Numbered from the stretch's first letter, positions 1 through 7,448 are shown. The stretch: 32,000 nt of DNA from an uncultured Clostridia bacterium (GCA_934120315.1 CAKOTX010000001.1:7850-39849); one strand, 5' to 3'. Notes: generated by a model not told the origin, from the sequence alone. Numbers and translations: made by a program.

Positions 1-98
1 ATTGCAAGCATTAGATATAAAACTTGTCTTAAACTTAAATAACCACCAAAAATCTTTTCTTCTCGTTTAATATCAAATGGAATTTTAAATATTCTCAC
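1..98 (-). CDS. PrgI-family (VirB3-like) conjugation membrane protein; N-terminal fragment running off the window
   Basis: GTG at 98-96 lies 6 nt after an AGGTGA SD. Translation is (M)RIFKIPFDIKREEKIFGGYLSLRQVLYLMLA, matching my recollection of PrgI-type N-termini (FGG-L-LRQ motif). It lies directly downstream of the Maff2-like gene, as in Firmicute conjugation modules. Confidence 0.5.
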   Translation of the reverse strand, partial: MRIFKIPFDIKREEKIFGGYLSLRQVLYLMLA

Positions 99-108
99 AA
101 TAAATCAC

Positions 109-490
109 CTAACTTCCAAGCAATGTGCCACTATTATTTGTAGCAACATTGATAATAATTCCAGCAATGATGAGTGAAGCACCTAAAATTACACCGCCAC
201 CACATATCCAGGCAAGTGCACCAATACTTTCAGCCCTTTTTTGTGGGTTATTTGAATTGGCTATCATTTTTAATGCTGCAACAACTACACTAGCAAAGAT
301 TAAAACACCGACCTAATGGCATTGCAATACTTGTGATAACTCTTTTAATATTATCTGTTGCAGTTTGCACTTCAGCTGTTCCAATACTTTCAGCAAAACA
401 TTGATTACTTTTTATTAATAACAATGTGAGTGTTGTTCCAATGCTTGATAATTTTGTAATAAATTTCTTTTTTCTTTTTGTAGCATTCAT
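109..490 (-). pseudogene. Maff2 / TrbC-VirB2-like small secreted two-TM protein, interrupted by a 1-nt frameshift near 310
   Basis: ORF 490-290 gives a signal peptide plus ...ITSIAMPLG. The +1 frame continues VLIFASVVVAALKMIANSNNPQKRAESIGALAWICGGGVILGASLIIAGIIINVATNNSGTLLGS to a TAG at 111-109. The joined product has signal peptide, TM, charged loop and TM, the same layout as the 105-aa protein at 18754-19071. Confidence 0.5.
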
Positions 491-541
491 AAAATATCAT
501 CTCCTTAACTTTAAGATAGGGCAAATTAAGAAGAACACTAT

Positions 542-790
542 TTATATTAAATTTTTAAATTGTACCAAAATGTAAGGTAGAAAAAGTAAAAAAATAAGAC
601 TTAATAATAAGCCTGGTACAATTTTTAAAAATTTCGATTTTATTGTTTGTGATTTTATAATACAACCAACTATTAGAAAAATAAGTGATAGTATTAGCAA
701 AATCACAAGTAAAAATAAAGTATATTTAAAGCCATAAAATAAAAAAGTTGACATTATACTTTCAAAATTATTTATATAATTATTTATCAT
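542..790 (-). CDS. Small polytopic membrane protein (82 aa), function unknown
   Basis: ORF track. Two long hydrophobic segments. Tightly spaced inside the minus-strand ICE operon. Confidence 0.45.
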   Translation of the reverse strand: MINNYINNFESIMSTFLFYGFKYTLFLLVILLILSLIFLIVGCIIKSQTIKSKFLKIVPGLLLSLIFLLFLPYILVQFKNLI

Positions 791-804
791 ATTTTAAAGC
801 TCCT

Positions 805-1488
805 TTATGAAGTATCTATATATTTATTTATAATAGATTTTTTATAATAACTAAAAAAATCATCTGTATTATGATCCTTGCATATTGAATACAATTTAAC
901 TAAATTTTCTCTTTCAAATCTATACATAATATTTTTGAAACTACTATTATAAATTAAAAACAAAGTATAAATGATTTCTTTTAATTTTAATAAATTAGAT
1001 TGTTCCATTGTATCTATAATTTTTTTAGGATATATAAATTCAAGTTTTTTTAAATTAGAATAAAATTCTTTTGAAATTTTATTACTATTATTTATAATTA
1101 AAATAAATAAATCATCTATATTATATTTTATATTATTATTGGTGAAATTTTTTTCGTACCCTCCTGTGAAATTATTTTCGTGGGGTGGTGTGAAAATTTT
1201 TTCATACCCTAGTGCATCAGTTAAATATATTTTTCTTTGATAATTATTTTCTATGATTATTTTTATATAGCCTTTTTCTTGTAATTTAGAAATTGTAAAT
1301 TGTATAGCTCGAGGAGTACAATTATATAAGTTTGCAAAATAATTATTTGTAGCAAAACAATATCCTTCTTTATTGCACAAACAAGTAATTTCGCCATATA
1401 ATAGTTTAGCTTTATCTGTTAAGTCTTTATCATATCGGACTGTTGCCGGTATAATAGCATAATAATTACTTTTAATATTTTCATCCAA
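805..1488 (-). CDS. Winged-helix/HTH replication-organizer-like protein of a mobile element (227 aa)
   Basis: The N-terminus YYAIIPATVRYDKDLTDKAKLLYGEITCLCNKEGYCFATNNYFANLYNCTPRAIQFTISKLQEKGYI resembles the HTH domain of phage/ICE replisome-organizer or DnaD-like proteins. An AGGAG-type SD lies upstream. Confidence 0.55.
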   Translation of the reverse strand: MDENIKSNYYAIIPATVRYDKDLTDKAKLLYGEITCLCNKEGYCFATNNYFANLYNCTPRAIQFTISKLQEKGYIKIIIENNYQRKIYLTDALGYEKIFTPPHENNFTGGYEKNFTNNNIKYNIDDLFILIINNSNKISKEFYSNLKKLEFIYPKKIIDTMEQSNLLKLKEIIYTLFLIYNSSFKNIMYRFERENLVKLYSICKDHNTDDFFSYYKKSIINKYIDTS

Positions 1489-1511
1489 AACCTAACTCCT
1501 CTCATAAAAAA

Positions 1512-1604
1512 TTATTCTTCTGACTTTTTTCCAGCCAGTATACAAGCATATAAAAAGAGGCTAAGATTAGCCCCCAATATTAGTCCAATTAAAAATTTTA
1601 GCAT
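1512..1604 (-). CDS. 30-aa hydrophobic peptide MLKFLIGLILGANLSLFLYACILAGKKSEE
   Basis: GGAGGTG SD lies 6 nt before the ATG at 1604. Single TM-like segment with a charged tail. It is the first ORF of the minus-strand ICE operon and is too short for the supplied ORF track. Confidence 0.35.
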   Translation of the reverse strand: MLKFLIGLILGANLSLFLYACILAGKKSEE

Positions 1605-1779
1605 ATACAACACCTCCGTAAAACCGATATTTTGAATTTATATTTTAGTTGGCGCAAATGATTTTTTATGCACCAATTTCAAATAAAAATGCACCAACTT
1701 TTTAAACTTTATCAAATTTATTTAATATTTTTCAAACCTCTTTAAACTATTTTAAATTGTATTTTTTTCTTAAAAAACA

Positions 1780-1808
1780 TTGATTTTTCCTTGAAAGTAC
1801 GGTATAAT
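1780..1808 (+). promoter_or_regulatory. Near-consensus sigma-A promoter TTGATT-17 nt-TATAAT reading toward the tRNA fragment
   Basis: TTGATT at 1780-1785, a 17-nt spacer, TATAAT at 1803-1808. Confidence 0.5.
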
Positions 1809-1859
1809 AAGGAAAATTTAGCTATTCAATATTTATAGAGAGTTACGAGGTGCGTCTTT

Positions 1860-1904
1860 CTCTTAATCTGGCGGTCCTCGGTTCGATTCCGAGATGGTGC
1901 ACCA
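1860..1904 (+). other. 3-prime ~45 nt of a tRNA gene (anticodon loop to CCA) lacking its 5-prime half; probable att-site remnant
   Basis: The sequence reads CTCTTAA (anticodon-loop-like, CTT) TCTGG CGGTC CTCGG-TTCGATT-CCGAG (a perfect T-arm) ATGGTGC A CCA. No complementary 5-prime acceptor strand (GCACCAT), D-arm or 5-prime anticodon stem (CCAGA) occurs upstream. Confidence 0.55.
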
Positions 1905-1914
1905 TTCTTAAGAA

Positions 1915-1947
1915 TATCAGTGTCTTTACGGCATTGGTATTTTTTTA
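1915..1947 (+). terminator. Rho-independent terminator downstream of the tRNA fragment
   Basis: TATCAGTG / CATTGGTA stem (8 bp including 2 G-U pairs), a 9-nt loop, then TTTTTTT. Confidence 0.4.
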
Positions 1948-1962
1948 TGTTATAAAAGCCTC

Positions 1963-1991
1963 TAGACAATTAGAGTAAAATATTTTATAAT
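1963..1991 (+). promoter_or_regulatory. Sigma-A promoter TAGACA-17 nt-TATAAT for the small-peptide mRNA
   Basis: TAGACA at 1963-1968, a 17-nt spacer, TATAAT at 1986-1991. The predicted 5-prime UTR can fold CCTTTC/GAAAGG, which partly covers the SD. Confidence 0.55.
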
Positions 1992-2023
1992 AAAAAAGCC
2001 TTTCGCTTAAAGGTAGAAAGGTG

Positions 2024-2063
2024 GTGAATTTGTACAAATGAAAAAATTTCTTAAATTACTTGC
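2024..2063 (+). repeat. Direct repeat copy 1, covering the SD-proximal region, start codon and first codons of the 22-aa ORF
   Basis: GTGAATTTGTACAAATGAAAAAATTTCTTAAATTACTTGC aligns with copy 2 at 2147-2182, GTGAATCTACACAAATGAATTTCTTAAATTACTAGC. There are identical blocks of 6, 9 and 14 nt. Confidence 0.8.
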
Positions 2064-2106
2064 ATTAATCATTATTCTTAATATATTAAAAGAATTTGAT
2101 GATTAG
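2038..2106 (+). CDS. 22-aa hydrophobic peptide MKKFLKLLALIIILNILKEFDD; candidate type I toxin
   Basis: AAAGGTGGTGA SD upstream of the ATG at 2038, stop TAG at 2104-2106, followed by a strong terminator. Hydrophobic core with an acidic tail. Confidence 0.45.
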   Translation: MKKFLKLLALIIILNILKEFDD

Positions 2107-2107
2107 A

Positions 2108-2147
2108 CAAAAAATAATCCCTAGACTTGCCCTCTAGGGATTTTTTG
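2108..2147. terminator. Bidirectional intrinsic terminator
   Basis: ATCCCTAGA (2117-2125) / TCTAGGGAT (2133-2141) forms a perfect 9-bp stem with a 7-nt loop. An A-run lies upstream and a T-run downstream, so both strands read hairpin plus U-tract. Confidence 0.8.
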
Positions 2148-2182
2148 TGAATCTACACAAATGAATTTCTTAAATTACTAGC
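2147..2182 (+). repeat. Direct repeat copy 2 (template of the antisense RNA)
   Basis: See copy 1. Relative to copy 1 it lacks 4 A residues and has 4 substitutions. Confidence 0.8.
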
Positions 2183-2195
2183 TTAAGCTATATTA

Positions 2196-2224
2196 ATTAT
2201 AATACTTTTTAGTATCATAGTCAA
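2196..2224 (-). promoter_or_regulatory. Consensus sigma-A promoter TTGACT-17 nt-TATAAT on the minus strand
   Basis: The reverse complement of 2219-2224 is TTGACT and of 2196-2201 is TATAAT. The spacer is exactly 17 nt. Confidence 0.65.
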
Positions 2225-2284
2225 TACCTTATTTATTTTATTCTAAAACATTTAAAATATCCATTAATTAATAAAACTTATCTT

Positions 2285-3487
2285 TTAATCTAACGTACCT
2301 TTAATTTTTACCAATTCCTTTTTTATCGTATTATATGCAGATTGCCCAATTGTCTGATTCTTGCCACTTTCATAATCAGAAATTGACTTTTCTATATCAA
2401 GTATTTTATATCTTCTAACTGTTCCAGTTGCAGATTTATACATATAAATTGGAATATAATCAACTTTATCTATTGTAATTTTTCCTGTCTCACCATTTTT
2501 AGTAATATCTAAATTTAATATAATAGAATTCTTGGTATTTTCTTTTACTTGTCCAGACATGAAATTTCCTAAAGAATATATTACAAATCCATCTTTTGTT
2601 GTTCCATCATCTAATGTTATAGTCCTTTTTTCCATTGGTTGCAATACATGAGGATGACTTCCTAAAATAATATCTACACCATTTTTGAATAATAATTCTG
2701 CTAATTTTTCTTGTTCTTTGTTCTGTTTAGTTTGATATTCTATTCCCCAATGCATACTTGTACAAATTATATCTGGATTCTGTTCTTTTGCTAATTCTAT
2801 TTGTTTTAATATAAGTTCTTCATTTATTAGATTTACTGAATATTCTTTTCCTGATGGAATTGGAATTCCATTAGTTCCGTATGTGAATGATAGAAATGCT
2901 ATCTTTATTCCGTTTATCTCTTTTACCAACACAGTTCCTTGCTCTTCTGGAGATCTACTTGTTCCTGTATGTGCAATTCCAGCAGAATCTAAATAATCTA
3001 ATGTACTTACTATTCCCTTGTATCCTTTATCTATACAATGATTATTAGCTGTTGATACAACATCTATTCCTAAATCTTTTAAATTTTCTGCTAGCTCTTC
3101 TGGTGTATTAAAAGTAGGATAACTACTATATCCTCTCTCTTTTCCTGCAAATGTTGTCTCTAAATTTCCTATTGCTAAATCTGCTGTACTAATATATTCT
3201 TTTATATCATCAAATACATAAGAAAAATCATAGTTTCCTGAATTTGCTTGATATGCATCATTATATTGTGTATTATGACACATTATATCTCCTATAACAG
3301 TCATTTTCATTTTAGAATTCTCTTTAGGCTCTTCTTTTATATTTGCTTCAGGTTCATTTTGTACTTCTTCTGTTTTGCTTTCTTCTATTGTATTTTCATT
3401 TTCTTTGTTTATCTTTTTATCATAGATAAATAATGCTGTACATACAATTATTGCAATTAAAATAAAAACTTTAAAAACTTTTTTCAT
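2285..3487 (-). CDS. CapA-family (poly-gamma-glutamate capsule synthesis-like metallophosphatase) membrane-anchored protein
   Basis: N-terminal TM anchor followed by MTVIGDIMCH...NLETT...STANNHCIDKG...GSHPHVLQP, motifs typical of the CapA/PGA_cap family. Confidence 0.7.
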   Translation of the reverse strand: MKKVFKVFILIAIIVCTALFIYDKKINKENENTIEESKTEEVQNEPEANIKEEPKENSKMKMTVIGDIMCHNTQYNDAYQANSGNYDFSYVFDDIKEYISTADLAIGNLETTFAGKERGYSSYPTFNTPEELAENLKDLGIDVVSTANNHCIDKGYKGIVSTLDYLDSAGIAHTGTSRSPEEQGTVLVKEINGIKIAFLSFTYGTNGIPIPSGKEYSVNLINEELILKQIELAKEQNPDIICTSMHWGIEYQTKQNKEQEKLAELLFKNGVDIILGSHPHVLQPMEKRTITLDDGTTKDGFVIYSLGNFMSGQVKENTKNSIILNLDITKNGETGKITIDKVDYIPIYMYKSATGTVRRYKILDIEKSISDYESGKNQTIGQSAYNTIKKELVKIKGTLD

Positions 3488-3538
3488 TTCAATTCCTCCT
3501 TTTGTATGAAGATATCATATTTCGACTTTTTTTTCAAG

Positions 3539-3570
3539 AAAAAATCCAACTCTTTTGAGTTGGATTTTTC
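3539..3570. terminator. Bidirectional intrinsic terminator ending the giant-protein operon
   Basis: AAAAATCCAACTC-TTTT-GAGTTGGATTTTT is a perfect hairpin flanked by A and T runs, 4 nt beyond the stop at 3574. Confidence 0.8.
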
Positions 3571-3573
3571 TAA

Positions 3574-6500
3574 CTATGATTTTTTAGATTTCTTTATGTC
3601 TTTTCTTATAAACCATGTTCCTATAAGTATAACTACTGCACCTACTAAACCTGTTATTATATAAGATGTCATATATGTTGTAGTTCCTGTTGGTGGTGTT
3701 ATTACTATTCTTACTCTGTCATCATCTTGTTGATGTTCACTGCTTAGTGTAGGAATGTAATTACCTGGTTGATATTCTTTATCTACTTGTTTTCCATTAT
3801 TAGATTCTTTTATTGTTCTTGCAATTCTTCCATCTAATTCTAGAATTTCAGTATGATTATCAAATACATAGCTTTCTTCTTGGTTTGCTAATTCTCTTCT
3901 TGCATATAATATACTTGTCTTTGTTCCACCATTTGGTTCTACATTTGCGAATGTATTTGTAACAAATAATTGTTGTTCTCTTTCTCCTACTGTTTTTTCA
4001 ACTTCTTCTGCTACATGTCCATTATTCTTTAATGTTGTTGCTGTTATTAAAGTTGTTCCATCATTTTGATATTTATACCATTCGTCATTGTTATTTTCTC
4101 CAGCTGGTGCTTCATTACCAACTCCGCATATTAGTTTTGATGTCATATAATCTGCAACTAAGTTTACTGATTTTTTTATTATATCTAATCCAGAATTATC
4201 ACCATATAAGTAATATTGTGTTCCTTGTGCATAATCATAATCAATTTCGCTATAGTTTGTTACTGTAATTGCATACCATACTTCTAGGTTTGCTCCTTGT
4301 AATAATTCTTGGTCAATTTCTATTGATAGTAATCTATCTAATGTTTGATATGTTGCTCTTTCTCCTACTGCAATTCCAGGTGCTTTAACATAATTTATTT
4401 TTTCTGATCTTGGATCTCCATTTATAAGAACTTGACCATTTGCTAATGTTACTTTAATTTTAGCTATTGTTTTGTTTATTACAATATTTTCTCTTGGTCT
4501 TTCTATAATACCAAAGTCAAATACGTCTAGGCCACTTGTAATTCCTGTATTACCATCTTGATCTACTTGTGATGATGTATTTTCTGTAAATTCTACTTGT
4601 AATTCAAATGGTTTACTATCTGCATTCATATTTATTTTATCATTATAAGTGCTATATTTTAAATTATCAATTTTTAGTCTTTCATTTATATCATCTGCTG
4701 CTACTGAAATTCCTCTTGATAATTTATTTGATAAATGCCATTTTGTATTTACTTCATTTTCTTTCATCATATTAGCGATTAATTCATTTGTAATTATTGT
4801 TGATTTGAAGTTTCTAGCATTTACAAAAGTATTTCCTCCATCTAATGTTGTTCTTATTTGATCTCCATTACCATAAGTATATTCAATTATGTATTTGTCT
4901 ACAACTAATCCCATACTTGATGAATTTCCTATTGTGAAGTTACCATTTGAATCTGTAAATGCTGATGCATCAGCAGTATAAGCTTGACCATTTTGTATGT
5001 AATATAATTGCGCTTCTTTTAGATTTCCATCATTATCAACTGTATATAATTTAGCTTTTACATTTTGAACGCCTTTTTCATTGTTGTCCTTCTTTCCGTT
5101 TCCTAATCTTTCTGCATCTCCAGTATTTGCATCTTTATCTTCCCATACATTTCCTGATATTGTTTTATATACTTTCTTTAAGCATAGTACAAATGATGGT
5201 GCTATATCTGTATCATCTTGTAGATTTCTTACATCTAATCTACTATTTGATGAATCATAATATACTCCTGCATTTCCTGGTTGTGAGTCAACATCAATAC
5301 CTGCATAATTATATCCTGTTTTTCCTATAGAACCTGCTGTTTTTATTCCTGCACATAATGTGTTATCACCATATTGTGTTGAATATTCATAAATTTCAAC
5401 TACATTATTTAATGTTGCATCTTGTCTTATTAAATCTCTTATTGCTGCTGTACTTATATCATATGTTACAAATGTTTCTGCAGAACCTCCTACATCCATT
5501 CTCAAGTTCAAATCTCCTGAAATTGATTGTGTATATGTTCCATTTGATCCATAATTTGACCATCCACTAGAAACTACTGTATATCTTGAATCACTATATG
5601 TTACTAATCTATGTACTGTTGTTCCTAATGTATTTGATTGATTTTTTACTACAAATCTATATGTTATTTGTACTCTTAAATCATCTTTATTTGCGTCATT
5701 TTTATTTACATATGCAACGTCTGCTGGGTTTATTTCTCTACTATATTTATATGTATATTTATTTTGGAATTTAACTGTTGCATCAAATGTGTTTGGATCA
5801 TCAGTTTGTATTCCTTTATTTCCATATATATATGTATATTCTTGTCCCTTCATAGTTACTTTTACATTAGCTATATCTGATGATATTGCTATGTCTGGTT
5901 GTTCTCTTTCAAACAATCCTAAGTTAACATTATCTATTACTAGTTTTGTTACTGTAGTACTTTGTAGTACATGTCCTCCACAGAATGTTCTGTGATCAAA
6001 TTTTTGTTCCCAGCTAACTGGTTTTGAATAATCATATTCCCAATCATCTGCAACTCCATATTTGTTCCATGATTTTGGTTTTGAATAATCTTTTTGCCAT
6101 CCATTAGGTCTATCATAATCATTTACATAGTGATCTGTTGGATGTGCATAATGGATTTCGTCATGAGTTGTTGTCCAGTGTGAATCTTGATTTGAATATG
6201 TATATGTTGTTTCTACATTATCTTGAGTTTTTAAAACTGCTCCACTACCATGGCAATATACTATTGGTACACTTTCTTTTACATAGCTTTGATATGGATA
6301 ACTTCTAAAATTGTAAATTACATTTCTTGTATCTGCTCTTAATGTTCCACTTGTACTTGACCATGGATTAATACGTGTTCTTGCATTATCAAATGAAATT
6401 CTCTCATTTTCATTTTCCATTGCTTTAGATGTATCTGTACCATATGGAGATGTATTAACTGTTGTATATTTTACTCCATCATATTCAAAGTCTACATATG

Positions 6501-7443
6501 CTCCGCTATATAATTTATTTATAACAGTCTCATAATCTTCATAAAGTTGGAATACTACATTGCTCTTATAATTTACTTTAATTGTATAATTTCCACTACC
6601 ATCTGTATATGCACTAGATCCTCCTGCAAATTCGCTTCCGCCACTATCTCTTAATGTTACTTTTATACCACCTAAGCCTTTATCTCCACTGCCTAATTTT
6701 CCATCTATTACGTTACTTTTTCCAGCTGCTCCGTCTACCCAAACTTTACCTTTTATTTCAATCCATCCATCAACTGTTTGTTCTGGTGGTGGTGTTGGTA
6801 CATCTGGATTATCTTTTCCATCAGCTGAAACAGCTCTTGGAACTGCAATTAATAAGTTTTGTACATTTGAATGTGATATACATTTTAACATATATATATC
6901 TACTCCACATTTCTTTGTACTTGCATAGTTAGCTGCAACTTGTGCATAATAACTTGCTTGTGAACCTATACCTTTTTTTGCACTATGGTTTAATCCACCT
7001 AAAGAAGATAATCCATATTGACTTCCTACTGCACTTACCCAAGTATCCCAATAAACATATAATGCTTGTTGTGCTTGTCCATAGTTATTTCCTGATGCTG
7101 TATATTTACCATAACCTTTTGATAATGGTCCATTTAATATTGCTGCTAATGTAGCATTTGCATCACTCTTAACTTCTGCTCCTGCATCATTTTTAGATGA
7201 TTTTCCTTCAATTTGCACATGATATACAATTTTAAATGTTGCTGGTACATTTCTTCCTCCTGTTATGTTAAAAAAGCCTTGACTATGTGCTATACAATAA
7301 ATATCCCCTGCTGCTGACATTGAATTTTCTGATATTGAAAGTACATCTCCAACTGAATATGCATCAGCTTTATTATTCATAAATATCAATGAACCAATCA
7401 TTATTAAAATGAATGCTAGCATTAATTTTATTTTCTTATTCAT
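3574..7443 (-). CDS. Giant cell-surface protein (1289 aa): signal peptide, possible thioester-like N-domain, Cna-B/SdrD-B-like and pilin-like beta-sandwich domains, C-terminal sorting-signal-like anchor
   Basis: Signal peptide MNKKIKLMLAFILIMIGSLIFMNNKADA. SdrD-B-like segment GNVWEDKDANTGDAE...TDSNGNFTI. C-terminus TPPTG plus a hydrophobic stretch plus RKDIKKSKKS. An AGGAGG SD overlaps the upstream stop. Confidence 0.75.
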   Translation of the reverse strand: MNKKIKLMLAFILIMIGSLIFMNNKADAYSVGDVLSISENSMSAAGDIYCIAHSQGFFNITGGRNVPATFKIVYHVQIEGKSSKNDAGAEVKSDANATLAAILNGPLSKGYGKYTASGNNYGQAQQALYVYWDTWVSAVGSQYGLSSLGGLNHSAKKGIGSQASYYAQVAANYASTKKCGVDIYMLKCISHSNVQNLLIAVPRAVSADGKDNPDVPTPPPEQTVDGWIEIKGKVWVDGAAGKSNVIDGKLGSGDKGLGGIKVTLRDSGGSEFAGGSSAYTDGSGNYTIKVNYKSNVVFQLYEDYETVINKLYSGAYVDFEYDGVKYTTVNTSPYGTDTSKAMENENERISFDNARTRINPWSSTSGTLRADTRNVIYNFRSYPYQSYVKESVPIVYCHGSGAVLKTQDNVETTYTYSNQDSHWTTTHDEIHYAHPTDHYVNDYDRPNGWQKDYSKPKSWNKYGVADDWEYDYSKPVSWEQKFDHRTFCGGHVLQSTTVTKLVIDNVNLGLFEREQPDIAISSDIANVKVTMKGQEYTYIYGNKGIQTDDPNTFDATVKFQNKYTYKYSREINPADVAYVNKNDANKDDLRVQITYRFVVKNQSNTLGTTVHRLVTYSDSRYTVVSSGWSNYGSNGTYTQSISGDLNLRMDVGGSAETFVTYDISTAAIRDLIRQDATLNNVVEIYEYSTQYGDNTLCAGIKTAGSIGKTGYNYAGIDVDSQPGNAGVYYDSSNSRLDVRNLQDDTDIAPSFVLCLKKVYKTISGNVWEDKDANTGDAERLGNGKKDNNEKGVQNVKAKLYTVDNDGNLKEAQLYYIQNGQAYTADASAFTDSNGNFTIGNSSSMGLVVDKYIIEYTYGNGDQIRTTLDGGNTFVNARNFKSTIITNELIANMMKENEVNTKWHLSNKLSRGISVAADDINERLKIDNLKYSTYNDKINMNADSKPFELQVEFTENTSSQVDQDGNTGITSGLDVFDFGIIERPRENIVINKTIAKIKVTLANGQVLINGDPRSEKINYVKAPGIAVGERATYQTLDRLLSIEIDQELLQGANLEVWYAITVTNYSEIDYDYAQGTQYYLYGDNSGLDIIKKSVNLVADYMTSKLICGVGNEAPAGENNNDEWYKYQNDGTTLITATTLKNNGHVAEEVEKTVGEREQQLFVTNTFANVEPNGGTKTSILYARRELANQEESYVFDNHTEILELDGRIARTIKESNNGKQVDKEYQPGNYIPTLSSEHQQDDDRVRIVITPPTGTTTYMTSYIITGLVGAVVILIGTWFIRKDIKKSKKS

Positions 7444-7448
7444 ACAGA

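Larger units (their letters stand above)
1..1859. mobile_element. Right-hand end of an integrated conjugative element (ICE); it continues beyond the left window edge
   Basis: Minus-strand run of conjugation-type genes (HTH replication-organizer-like, small membrane proteins, Maff2/VirB2-like, PrgI-like). It ends next to a 3-prime tRNA fragment at 1860-1904, which is an attR-like arrangement. Confidence 0.5.
2108..2189 (-). ncRNA. Candidate ~80-nt antisense (antitoxin-like) RNA convergent with the peptide mRNA
   Basis: It would start about 7 nt downstream of the minus-strand TTGACT-17-TATAAT promoter and end at the shared terminator. It contains the complement of repeat copy 2, so it can pair with repeat copy 1 (the translation-initiation region of the peptide mRNA) and with the terminator hairpin. 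Confidence 0.5.

Noticed and set aside
125-316. Plus-strand 63-aa ORF from the ORF track
   Set aside because: It lies antisense to the Maff2/VirB2-like gene and has no SD. Its Pro/Ala-rich translation mirrors the glycine/alanine-rich TM region on the opposite strand. The minus-strand reading gives a coherent pilin-like protein.
1815-1904. Possible complete tRNA or tmRNA at the T-arm/CCA sequence
   Set aside because: No 5-prime strand complementary to ATGGTGC lies within tRNA distance, and there is no D-arm or 5-prime anticodon stem. The acceptor end is not the G-rich GGGG.../...CCACCA type of tmRNA. The region between the promoter and the CCA is only about 90 nt.
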